The notes under the pieces: generated by a model
Database searches by the model: none
Told to the model about the DNA's origin: nothing
What the model saw: the letters and a program-made list of their open reading frames with translations, nothing else
Assembly: GCA_905478415.1 (NCBI GenBank)
Contig: CAJQIG010000001.1
Location: 8,818-72,817 of the forward strand
Direction: 5' to 3'
Length of the DNA: 64,000 nt
Origin: an uncultured Patescibacteria group bacterium
GTDB taxonomy: Bacteria; Patescibacteriota; Microgenomatia; UBA1400; PJMF01
Shown: positions 28,482-37,086 of the stretch, one piece after another
Layout: each line of letters opens with the position of its first letter
Numbering within the stretch: the stretch's first letter is position 1
Translations under genes and position numbers: made by a program

Positions 28482-28622
28482 AGGGGTCTTACCCCTCATT
28501 TTGCAAGGGCTATAGCAAGTCTCGACTGAAAGTCGGGACCCTTGCAAAACTCACCCCGCTTTTAAAGCTCCATGTAATGGAAGCAGGCTAACCTGCTTCC
28601 AATTACAAAATTTTAAAGGGGG
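28482..28622 (+). promoter_or_regulatory. Highly structured leader (three hairpins) upstream of the ArdC-like gene
   Basis: AGGGGT/ACCCCT; TTTTGCAAGGG/CCCTTGCAAAA enclosing GTCTCGACT/AGTCGGGAC; TGTAATGGAAGCAGG/CCTGCTTCCAATTACA with an outer stem covering the RBS. Confidence 0.65.
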
Positions 28623-28626
28623 AAAA

Positions 28627-29412
28627 ATGAAACTATCACCAAAAGCACAGGCAAGCATTAACAAGGTAATAGAGAAATTTCAAACTGGAGACTTATCAGC
28701 TGTGACAAGAATAGCTCGTATTCAAGTTGCTAGTGATGCTCCAGTTAATAAGTGGAGCTTATCAAATAAAGTGCTAGCATTTTTACAATCTGATGAGCTA
28801 GATTGCCGGGGTTATAAACAGTGGCAGAAAGAAGGTAGAACGGTCAAAAAAGGCAGTAAGGCAGTTTATATACTCAGACCTAAGCTCGCTAAGATCGAGC
28901 AGGAAAACGAAGGGGAAACAAAAAATATTTGTGTTGGTTTTGCTCCTATTCCAGTATTTGCAGCTTCATGTACTGAGGGTGACGAAGTGTTACCAACCTA
29001 CGAGCCAGTAGAATATCCGCCATTACTAGACGTGGCTAAAAAATTTGGTATAGCTGTTGAGTATGCACCTATTAGCCCAGACAAACTTGGTGATTGTCAA
29101 ACTGATGGTAGCAAAATCAGACTTGGTACACACGATGCAGGAGTATTTTTTCATGAATTAGCCCATGCGATACACGCGCGAATAGATGGAGAGCTAAAGC
29201 AAGGACAAAACAAGACACAAGAAACAGTAGCCGAGTTTACATCTGCAGTATTGATGGACTTGTACGGCATGGGAGATTCTAGCGGGAAAGCTTGGAGCTA
29301 TATTAGCCACTATTCAGATGATCCACTCATTGCCATAACTAAGGCGATGGGAACAGTTGAAAAAGTGCTGGCGGTATTACTCGCTGATGAGGTGCCAAGT
29401 GTTGGCAGTTAA
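28627..29412 (+). CDS. ArdC-like ssDNA-binding/anti-restriction protein (DUF1738 + zincin domain)
   Basis: WSLSN..Q..RGYKQW..GR.VKKGSKA..IL.P N-domain; HELAH and E.VAE C-domain. Confidence 0.8.
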   Translation: MKLSPKAQASINKVIEKFQTGDLSAVTRIARIQVASDAPVNKWSLSNKVLAFLQSDELDCRGYKQWQKEGRTVKKGSKAVYILRPKLAKIEQENEGETKNICVGFAPIPVFAASCTEGDEVLPTYEPVEYPPLLDVAKKFGIAVEYAPISPDKLGDCQTDGSKIRLGTHDAGVFFHELAHAIHARIDGELKQGQNKTQETVAEFTSAVLMDLYGMGDSSGKAWSYISHYSDDPLIAITKAMGTVEKVLAVLLADEVPSVGS

Positions 29413-30144
29413 GCCAGCTTCTTGTATCTCTGACTTCAGACTTAGGAAAAATTGTAAGTCTGAAGTCTCCTCCTCCAAAACTTGAGCAATATGTTTGGTG
29501 AGGAAGTTGTAGATATTTTGATTTGGAGAGATAAATAAAAGTGATGGATTTTCATGTAACGTCCTATTTTGCCAGGTTCCTTCGTCAAAGTACTCAATGT
29601 ATTGAGAGATTTTCTTTCGTAGCATAAAGCGTGGGGTACCTTCGTCGATGATTTCTAAAAAATAACGCTTTGTTAAGTCTTTGTCTTTCAGGGAAATATA
29701 CGCATCAGGTCGGTTATATGGCAGGTAGTAGTGTACTGCTAAATCGGTTTTGGTATAAAAATGAAGATCGTGTTTGTTTTTAAGGGATTGCTCTTTGAGC
29801 AATAAATAAACATCGGCTAGAAAGAGACTGTGATTGATTAGTTTTTGAGAAGCATTTTTATCTCGGTAGGCTCTACGCAATATCTTTTCGTTTGTATTTT
29901 CTTGCTTAAGAAGAATCTTTCTTGATTTAGTAGCTAGGTAGTATATCGCTGGTCTGGTATTCTCTTTGAGTCTAGTTGAGTAGATTCTACCGAGGATATT
30001 TTTTTCTGTGTGGTCTTTAAGCCATGAGTTTATTCGTTTGGGATCTTTGTGATTAAGTAATGTTTGAATTTGATGTCGATTAAGGAAACGGAAGCGATAT
30101 ATGAGAGTGAGGATTTCGAGTTGTTTAGGAGTTATGGTATCCAT
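29377..30144 (-). CDS. Replication-relaxation (Replic_Relax) family protein, putative relaxase
   Basis: N-terminal wHTH (IL.LIYRFRFLNRHQI), HSLFLAD, RPDAY, YFLEI.D, KI.QY. Confidence 0.8.
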   Translation of the reverse strand: MDTITPKQLEILTLIYRFRFLNRHQIQTLLNHKDPKRINSWLKDHTEKNILGRIYSTRLKENTRPAIYYLATKSRKILLKQENTNEKILRRAYRDKNASQKLINHSLFLADVYLLLKEQSLKNKHDLHFYTKTDLAVHYYLPYNRPDAYISLKDKDLTKRYFLEIIDEGTPRFMLRKKISQYIEYFDEGTWQNRTLHENPSLLFISPNQNIYNFLTKHIAQVLEEETSDLQFFLSLKSEIQEAGLTANTWHLISE

Positions 30145-30348
30145 AGTGTTGTTTACTATGGGCAGGCTATTTTCTGTGTTGTGAGGTATTGTATCATTCC
30201 CTCCCCTTATTATATAAGGGAATAGAGGTAAAGATTATTTTAGTGTTTATCTGGGAAAGTGCGTGAATTTTGTCCTAGCTGGCTGGGGCAGTTTTTTTAA
30301 GATAAATATTGATTATTTCAGGCTATAATAATGCTATAGGAAAAATTC

Positions 30349-30987
30349 ATGTCAAAGAAAAAAACCGATATTCAAAAGTTTAGTGACAAAGCAATTCAAT
30401 TTGTTGCTGACGTAATTATTTTTGGTGCAACTATTTACTATAAAGTTCTACGTTTCTTTACACACAAAGATTATTTTAATAGAAAGCATCTAGAAGTTAT
30501 TTTTGAAGGTCTAACTATTAAAGTTAAATGGTTTAATCATGATGAATATGTATCACATAAGCTTGATAAGCTTTCGGTAGTCAAACAAGAATCCGAATCA
30601 ACTGATGAATTTATTGAGTATTTGCTTAAAGAGTGCAAAAGTTGCAACTATGTCATCTTTAATGGAAAAGATGAAAAGAAGTTTGTTCAGTTTTGGCTTG
30701 GGGATGGCAGACTGATGTCTGATTATCCAATTCTGAAAAAGAATGGTTTAAAACGATACAGATATCAAATGCTAGGTGTGTTAAATGAGTTAGATATACA
30801 TGCTGTGAAACCTGGAGAGAAAAAGCCAAAAAGAGTTCCATATTATCTACATAAGCAGGCAACTGATTTTGAAACGTACGAAATATATTTTCAGGATTAT
30901 CCCAAAGAGGCTGTAAAGTTTGTCAAAATGATGCTTGAAGAAGTTTATAAAGAAAAATTTGATGATTTGAATTATACTTTGGGATAA
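30349..30987 (+). CDS. Hypothetical protein (212 aa)
   Basis: Long ORF with upstream -10 boxes; co-oriented with the comB-like gene. Confidence 0.7.
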   Translation: MSKKKTDIQKFSDKAIQFVADVIIFGATIYYKVLRFFTHKDYFNRKHLEVIFEGLTIKVKWFNHDEYVSHKLDKLSVVKQESESTDEFIEYLLKECKSCNYVIFNGKDEKKFVQFWLGDGRLMSDYPILKKNGLKRYRYQMLGVLNELDIHAVKPGEKKPKRVPYYLHKQATDFETYEIYFQDYPKEAVKFVKMMLEEVYKEKFDDLNYTLG

Positions 30988-30991
30988 CGAT

Positions 30992-31657
30992 ATGAATATA
31001 ACAATAAAAGAAGGCGTTGATGGCGCTAGAAATGCTAAGGGTATTGCAGTAATAATTGACGTTTTGAGAGCAGCAACTGTTGCATCATATTTGCTTGATA
31101 AAGGTGTGACTTCAATTCATCCTGTTGCAACCCCAGAAGAGGCTTTTGACTTTAAGATGAAGGATGAAGAAGTGTTGCTTGTTGGTGAAAATAAGGGAAT
31201 TAAGATTGATGGTTTTGATATCGGTAATTCTCCATCAGTTATAAAAACACTTAATAATTTGGATGGAAAAAAGGTTGTTCATAGAAGTTCAACTGGCACA
31301 CAAGGCTTAGTTAATTCTACAAATGCAAATCAAATAATATTTGGGTCATTCGTTTCTGCTCAAGCAATTTTGGATTTTTTAAAAGCCAGCCAATCTGAAG
31401 ATATTACATTCGTCCCAATGTATGCTTTAGAAGATCAACTTTTTGCTGAGTACATGGTAAGTAAATTAAAAGGTGAGACACATTCTTCTCTCGAGGAAGT
31501 GAAAGCAAAGCTTGAACAGCATGAATGGATATTGAATAGCTTTCTTAATCCTCAAAATGATAATTTTCCCGAGGATGACTTTCACTTGGCACTAGAGGTT
31601 GATACATTCAATTTCTTTCCAATAATCAAAGATGGAAAAATTGTTAAAAGCAACTAA
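30992..31657 (+). CDS. 2-phosphosulfolactate phosphatase (ComB) family protein
   Basis: VIIDVLRAAT, LVGEN.G.KI.GFD.GNSP, SSTGTQGL. Confidence 0.85.
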   Translation: MNITIKEGVDGARNAKGIAVIIDVLRAATVASYLLDKGVTSIHPVATPEEAFDFKMKDEEVLLVGENKGIKIDGFDIGNSPSVIKTLNNLDGKKVVHRSSTGTQGLVNSTNANQIIFGSFVSAQAILDFLKASQSEDITFVPMYALEDQLFAEYMVSKLKGETHSSLEEVKAKLEQHEWILNSFLNPQNDNFPEDDFHLALEVDTFNFFPIIKDGKIVKSN

Positions 31658-34239
31658 GGCAAAGTCGAAAAAGCCTGTGTTTTAGATTTGGGTTTACTTA
31701 CCTTCTTATATCTACGAAAAACTTGTGTTGTTGCTGACGGCTCGTATTTCATGGCAAAGTGCTTTCTAGAATTCTCAATCACCTCATTCACTCTTCCTTT
31801 GTTTTCCCTAATTTCAACAGGCATAGTAATCCCAGAAAAAGGCTCTTCAGGGTTTAAAGCACCTAGTCTCATAAAGAATCTGTATGACGGTAATCCAGCA
31901 ATATCACCTTGTTCAACATACGGTCTGAATTGAGGCAAAATAAGTGTTTCATCCTCAGGATTAGCTGTTCTAAAGCAAATAACGGTTCCAGTATTTGCCA
32001 GGGTTACGTTGACCAGTGATTTGTCTTCAAGCTGTGAAGTAGTCTGATGGGCTAAGATTGCCCCAAGCTTGTATTTACGAGCCTCTGAGAGTATCTGAGC
32101 AAAAGCAGGGGTGGCAAAGTTTTGAAATTCATCAACATACAAATAGAAGTCTTTTCTATCTTTCTCAGCCATTCGTGCACGCCTCAATGAAGCCAATTGG
32201 AGCTTTGCCATAACCACCACGCCAAACACTTTTGAGTTATCTTCTCCAAGTTTTCCTTTGGATAAATTACAAAGTAAGATCTTGCCTGCATTCATGATTT
32301 CTTCAAAATTAATAGTAGATTTTTCTTGCTCTAGGATTCGTTTGGCAGTTGGTGAAAACAAAAAGCGTCCAATTTTGTTAGTAATTGGCGATATCATTTT
32401 TACTTTCTGATAATCACCAGCTTTGGCAAACTCATACTTCCAAAAGTCTTTGAGGTTTTCATCTGTTAGTTGTTTAACTACTGATTTTCTAAACTTGGTG
32501 TTTATCAGTAACTTATAGACTGTAAATAGTGTTGCTCCTGGAACAGTAAAAGCTGTGTGAATAGTGTTTCTGAGTATATACTCCATTCTTGGCCCAGAAT
32601 ATTTTTCAGTATAGATTTTGTGAAATAGAGAAATAATACTTTCGGCAATGTACTCTTTTTCTCTAGTGGCATCTTCTTCACTCAAACCATCAGAAAGTTC
32701 AAGCAAGTTAATGCCCATTGGGTATTCAATATCATCAGGGTTAAAGTACACCACATCTTCTAATCGTTCTTCTGGAATTACATGTAAGATTTGTTCAATC
32801 AAATCTCCATGAGGATCAACGACTGCCAATCCTTTGCCATTTTGAATATCGGAGTTGATCATGCTCAAAAGCATGGTGGATTTACCCGTACCAGTAGCTC
32901 CCAGGATATACATATGTCTTCTACGCTCGTTTTCAGTTAAACCAATCAAAGTTCTAGAGTTACCATAGGTATTTTGTGCAAAGACCACATCAAGTTTATT
33001 GCCTTTTTTGAGAGACAGCGGTGCAGGTAATTCTTTACTAAACTGTTTCTGCATATCTTCAGTTTTTGTCGTCTTGGTGAATGGGAAGTGATATAAATCT
33101 CCAAGTTCAGATGAAGATAAAATAGTGCTGTTAAAAGGGAGTGATAGCCTATGCCTGAACAAAAAGCTCTTGAAAGCATTAAGCTGTTTAATTGGAAGTT
33201 TAAGGCTTTGAGTAAGATGTTGATATTGAGTACCACTCATTGATTTCAGTGTTGAAACAAAACCTTTTGATTTTTTATTAGCCAAATATTCATTAGATGA
33301 TTGAGACAACACTCTAATTGAGGTTTTATATAGCGGTTGATCAATTTTCTTCTTTACCAGTTTTTCAATTTCACTCTGGTAAGCATTGCTTGCTTTCTTG
33401 CCTTTTAGAATTCTAGGCAGTGGCAGCAGTGGCCCATCTCTACCATCTGTGGCTAGGAACACCAGTAAGCCAAGTGGTAGAAGCAAGATTTGTAGTGCGT
33501 AAGAAATAGTTAGATACAACCAAGCACCTGAGTGTGCATGGGCAATTTCAGCAGTTAAGTCTTGTTTGCTTTTGATGAGTTTTTGCAGTCGTTTAACTTC
33601 TGGCAATTTAGATTTAGAAACAGGACTAATAACAACTTGATATGCAAGTAGCTCACTATCCTTAAGTTTGGTCATTGCTCCAGTTAAGTACGCAATTGGA
33701 TCGTTTTTATCTAGGCTTTCATGAGCTTTGAGGGGAAAGGCAAAGTGTTTGGCAAGTTTTAATTGAGTAGTAAAACTATTTCTTTCCTGTAGATATTCAC
33801 TGGTTTTGTTGATCTGAATACCTGGGAGATATGATAGTAAGCTGTTTTTAATCAGACCTGATAGTGATTGAGGTGCTCGAATTACATAGCGAATACCATC
33901 AGCTTTAGTGGAAACAATTTCTAAACTAACGCTTTTTGTAACTCTAAATATTCTCTCAACAAAAGACTTTTGATTGGTAATGCTGTGAAAGAGATTAAAG
34001 AGTTGTTCTGTTGAGTATGGGTTAAGTTCAGTTTTCTTGAGTGGCTTAATTTCTAAATACACATGTTTTGCAGTTTGTTGTTTAAACAGCAAAATCAGTC
34101 TGATGACCTGAAAAACCAGAAAGAGTGAAACAAATAAGAGGAAAAAAGCTAAAAGGGAAAAATAAAGAACAGACCAGTTGATTGATGGAATTATTGTGGC
34201 AGGAAAATATGAGAGTATTTGGTTTAAATCAATAGCCAT
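31654..34239 (-). CDS. VirD4/TraG-like type IV coupling protein
   Basis: RRRHMYILGATGTGKS, VDPHGDL, YVDEFQNF, EARKY, AHQ; N-terminal TM; ATG 34239 (MAIDLNQ) has an RBS-like GAAGGG. Confidence 0.88.
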   Translation of the reverse strand: MAIDLNQILSYFPATIIPSINWSVLYFSLLAFFLLFVSLFLVFQVIRLILLFKQQTAKHVYLEIKPLKKTELNPYSTEQLFNLFHSITNQKSFVERIFRVTKSVSLEIVSTKADGIRYVIRAPQSLSGLIKNSLLSYLPGIQINKTSEYLQERNSFTTQLKLAKHFAFPLKAHESLDKNDPIAYLTGAMTKLKDSELLAYQVVISPVSKSKLPEVKRLQKLIKSKQDLTAEIAHAHSGAWLYLTISYALQILLLPLGLLVFLATDGRDGPLLPLPRILKGKKASNAYQSEIEKLVKKKIDQPLYKTSIRVLSQSSNEYLANKKSKGFVSTLKSMSGTQYQHLTQSLKLPIKQLNAFKSFLFRHRLSLPFNSTILSSSELGDLYHFPFTKTTKTEDMQKQFSKELPAPLSLKKGNKLDVVFAQNTYGNSRTLIGLTENERRRHMYILGATGTGKSTMLLSMINSDIQNGKGLAVVDPHGDLIEQILHVIPEERLEDVVYFNPDDIEYPMGINLLELSDGLSEEDATREKEYIAESIISLFHKIYTEKYSGPRMEYILRNTIHTAFTVPGATLFTVYKLLINTKFRKSVVKQLTDENLKDFWKYEFAKAGDYQKVKMISPITNKIGRFLFSPTAKRILEQEKSTINFEEIMNAGKILLCNLSKGKLGEDNSKVFGVVVMAKLQLASLRRARMAEKDRKDFYLYVDEFQNFATPAFAQILSEARKYKLGAILAHQTTSQLEDKSLVNVTLANTGTVICFRTANPEDETLILPQFRPYVEQGDIAGLPSYRFFMRLGALNPEEPFSGITMPVEIRENKGRVNEVIENSRKHFAMKYEPSATTQVFRRYKKVSKPKSKTQAFSTLP

Positions 34240-34275
34240 GCCCTTCTTTTCTCTGGGCAGACAATGTTGTGTTGG

Positions 34276-34343
34276 AGTATACCCCAACCTCTGGTTTTTG
34301 GCAATAAATTACTGTTGACATGGTGCTTAAAAATAGATAAACT
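34276..34343. promoter_or_regulatory. Back-to-back sigma70 promoters for virD4 (-) and the small ORF/recombinase (+)
   Basis: Minus strand TTGCCA-17-TATACT (34304-34276); plus strand TTGACA-17-TAAACT (34315-34343). Confidence 0.65.
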
Positions 34344-34374
34344 ATCACTATATTGATAATTTGTAAAGCATGGT

Positions 34375-34521
34375 ATGACAGATAAAAAACAAGGTGACGA
34401 TCAAAAAAAGCAGGAAGACATCTTTACAAAAAGACTGGCGGCAATCTTGGTTAAACAGATTCAATCAGATATTCAAAAAGGTAAAACACCTCGATCTGAG
34501 CAGGTGAAAGGTCAGACATGA
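34375..34521 (+). CDS. 48-aa ORF coupled to the recombinase (not in the ORF track)
   Basis: MTDKKQGDDQKKQEDIFTKRLAAILVKQIQSDIQKGKTPRSEQVKGQT*; ATGA overlap with the recombinase start. Confidence 0.6.
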   Translation: MTDKKQGDDQKKQEDIFTKRLAAILVKQIQSDIQKGKTPRSEQVKGQT

Positions 34522-36245
34522 CCAAAACACTTGCAAGTCAAAATGCTGTTGCTGCAATTAGAATTTCTTCAGTAAAACAAGGCTTACAAGGTGACTCTCC
34601 TGAGGATCAAAAACAACAAATAGAGCGTTTTGCTCTGGCTCGTGGGATTACCATCAAAAAATTCTTCATTTTTATGGAATCAGCTTCCAAAGAACAGCAA
34701 CCTGTTCAAGAAGCAATTGATTACTGTGCTAATTCAAACAACGACATTCAACTATTCATTATCAAATCTATTGATCGGTTTACTCGTGGAGGTTCATATC
34801 TCTACGACCATCTCAAACGCCAGCTAGTATCCAATAATGTACGGTTAATTGATATTTATGGCATCATTAGCAGCCAAGAAGTAAATACACTTGAGCATTT
34901 AGATGTTGAATATGACTGGAGTGTCTATAGTCCTACTAAGAAAGCGGAGATTTTAGAGGCTGAGAGGGCTAAAGATGAGATGCGAGACATTATGACTCGT
35001 ATGATTGGGGCAGAAATTCGCTATGTTCGCATGGGTTATCGAGTTCGCAGGGCTCCATATGGATATAAGAATAAAAAAGTTGATACTGAGCATGGGAAGC
35101 GTGTCATTTTGGTTCCATATGAGGAAGAGGCTCAGTGGATCAGAAAAATGTATGATCTTAGGCTCACTACTGCGTTGAATGATACTGAAATAGTTGAAAA
35201 ACTTAATGAGCTTGGATTTAAAACACGAACATTTAATCGAAGAGATCCTAACAACAAAACAAAAATCATTGGTAAGCGAGGCGGTAATCCACTTAATCTT
35301 AAGCAGTTATGGAGATTTATTAGAAATCCAATTTACGCTGGCATTAATGTTGAGAAATGGACACAAAGCAAACCGATTAAGGGTCAGTTTGAAGGCTTAA
35401 TCAGTGTTGCAGAGTTCAACAAAGCTAATAGGGGCAAAGTTGTAATTGTTGAGAAAAACGGTCAAATATCCATTGAAAAAGAAAAGCCTCCAACTCACTT
35501 AGCAAATAAGCAGGTACTTAATCCAAAGTTTCCTTTTAAAAAACATGTTCACTGTCCAAAATGCAATAAACCTTTATATGGTAGTGCTTCAAAAGGCAAG
35601 CTCGGTAAGTATTACCCTGCCTATCATTGTCATGCACGAGGCCACTATTTTAGAGTACCTAGTAAAGAGTTTATGGAAACTATTGAGACATTTGTGAAAG
35701 ATATTGAAGTTTCTCCAGAGTATATTGATAACCTAAAAAAGGAAGTTGTAAGACTTTGGAATAAGCAGCAGGAAACTATAGTTGAGGATAACACCCGAGT
35801 TGATAAGAAGATCGAGGATTTACGCTCTCAGGCACGCTCAATTGCTGAAAAGATTCGCTATCTTAATTCGGAAGTATCAATTAGATATATGGAAAAAGAT
35901 TTAATTGATATTGAGAATGAGATTCAAAAATTAGAAGATGCAAAAGAAAATCCTGTGGCAAAAGAAGACGTAAATATGGAAGTAGTTATGGAATACATTG
36001 GTTTTTATTTGGAACACCTAGAAGAATTATTGCTATATAGGGCTAAACCACTAAAAAGAGCTGAGTACTTTAGCCTACTTTTTGAGCAACCTCCAACCTA
36101 TGATGAATTGGCTTTTGGAACACCAAAATTAGTCCCATATGTCAAGAAAAAAGGGGGTAATAATACCCCCTCCTTCCCAATTGGTGACCCCACAGAGAAT
36201 CGAACTCTGCTCTACAGGATGAAAACCTGTTATCCTAACCGATAG
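34518..36245 (+). CDS. Large serine recombinase (integrase)
   Basis: IRISSVKQ catalytic Ser, SIDRFTR, APYGY, RNPIYAG, CPKC..YHC zinc ribbon, coiled coil; last 20 codons are antisense to tRNA-Glu. Confidence 0.92.
   Translation: MTKTLASQNAVAAIRISSVKQGLQGDSPEDQKQQIERFALARGITIKKFFIFMESASKEQQPVQEAIDYCANSNNDIQLFIIKSIDRFTRGGSYLYDHLKRQLVSNNVRLIDIYGIISSQEVNTLEHLDVEYDWSVYSPTKKAEILEAERAKDEMRDIMTRMIGAEIRYVRMGYRVRRAPYGYKNKKVDTEHGKRVILVPYEEEAQWIRKMYDLRLTTALNDTEIVEKLNELGFKTRTFNRRDPNNKTKIIGKRGGNPLNLKQLWRFIRNPIYAGINVEKWTQSKPIKGQFEGLISVAEFNKANRGKVVIVEKNGQISIEKEKPPTHLANKQVLNPKFPFKKHVHCPKCNKPLYGSASKGKLGKYYPAYHCHARGHYFRVPSKEFMETIETFVKDIEVSPEYIDNLKKEVVRLWNKQQETIVEDNTRVDKKIEDLRSQARSIAEKIRYLNSEVSIRYMEKDLIDIENEIQKLEDAKENPVAKEDVNMEVVMEYIGFYLEHLEELLLYRAKPLKRAEYFSLLFEQPPTYDELAFGTPKLVPYVKKKGGNNTPSFPIGDPTENRTLLYRMKTCYPNR
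36147..36170 (-). terminator. Intrinsic terminator for tRNA-Glu embedded in the recombinase CDS
   Basis: Minus strand GGGGGTA-TTAT-TACCCCC-TTTTTT, 11 nt after the tRNA CCA. Confidence 0.7.
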
Positions 36246-36256
36246 ACGATGGGGCC
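36182..36256 (-). tRNA. tRNA-Glu (TTC)
   Basis: GGCCCCA..TGGGGTC-A-CCA acceptor stem, ACAGG-TTTTCAT-CCTGT anticodon arm, GTTCGATTC T-loop. Confidence 0.95.
36184..36192 (+). repeat. Candidate attR core GTGACCCCA
   Basis: tRNA 3' end inside the recombinase ORF; matches 892-900 at 8/9. Confidence 0.65.
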
Positions 36257-36275
36257 ACGTTGGTAGCAGCGCTAC

Positions 36276-36692
36276 TTAAGTAAGCCAAGTGATGTTTTTA
36301 AAATGCTCGATGTTTGTACCGACGATGCTTATGATATCAAAGCGATAGTCGCACGGATAGCGGTGCTTTTTGAGAAAGGCACGAGCAACCTTGTGCATGC
36401 TTTTGATTTTTTGTGGAGAAACTGCAAGCGTAGGACTGCCAAAGAAGGCAGTTTTTCTGCGTTTTACTTCGAAAAAGACAACTTCATGATACTGAGTATC
36501 AAGAGCAATAATATCTACTTCACTGGTTTTAAGGCGCAAGTTTTTGTCTAGAATAGTATAGCTATTTTTGACAAGAAACACACAGGCCAACTCTTCTCCT
36601 TCGGTTCCGAAGGCGGTACTTTTGCAGTTATGCTGCTTTGGTGTGAGTTGCCTTTTCTTTAATACGGGTAGCTGCTTTACCGATTCTTTCAC
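36276..36692 (-). CDS. yraN: YraN/UPF0102 family endonuclease-like protein (start uncertain)
   Basis: G.EGE..A..L, EVDIIA, FFEVK.R, RFDIISI; nearest in-frame start upstream of the motif is a GTG at 36692 inside rplS. Confidence 0.8.
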   Translation of the reverse strand: MKESVKQLPVLKKRQLTPKQHNCKSTAFGTEGEELACVFLVKNSYTILDKNLRLKTSEVDIIALDTQYHEVVFFEVKRRKTAFFGSPTLAVSPQKIKSMHKVARAFLKKHRYPCDYRFDIISIVGTNIEHFKNITWLT

Positions 36693-36975
36693 GAAGGTAG
36701 TATAACTTACTTCGTCTGACAGCACCCTGACGTTTTACTTCAATCTTTTTGATAGCAGGAAGGTTAGCTGGGTAGATTTTTTCTACACCAATGCCATTTG
36801 CTCCCATCTTACGAATGGTGAATGATTTTCCATTTCCTCTGTTTTTGATTGCAATGACAATGCCTTCAAAAATTTGAATTCTTTTCTTATCGCCTTCTGC
36901 GATTTCTTGGTGTACTCGAAGAGTATCGCCAGTTGCGATTTTAGTATCGTTTTTATAGGTAAAGTATTGTGCCAT
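36628..36975 (-). CDS. rplS: 50S ribosomal protein L19
   Basis: [33 protein letters not shown]. Confidence 0.97.
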   Translation of the reverse strand: MAQYFTYKNDTKIATGDTLRVHQEIAEGDKKRIQIFEGIVIAIKNRGNGKSFTIRKMGANGIGVEKIYPANLPAIKKIEVKRQGAVRRSKLYYLRERIGKAATRIKEKATHTKAA

Positions 36976-37086
36976 ATAGAGTATTCCAAATAGTAATAAT
37001 TCTTGTAACTTTCCAAGGGTCTTATTTTACTGTACCAGGGAGTTTTTTGCAATCTCAAGTTTAGAGTATTTAGCTTAGATCGGGAT

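Larger units (their letters stand above)
892..36187. mobile_element. Integrative conjugative element (~35.3 kb) in the tRNA-Glu 3' end, serine-recombinase type
   Basis: Large serine recombinase abutting tRNA-Glu; VirD4, VirB4, PrgI, pilin, relaxase-like and ArdC-like genes; GTGA(G/C)CCCA core at 892-900 and 36184-36192. Left boundary is inferred. Confidence 0.8.
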
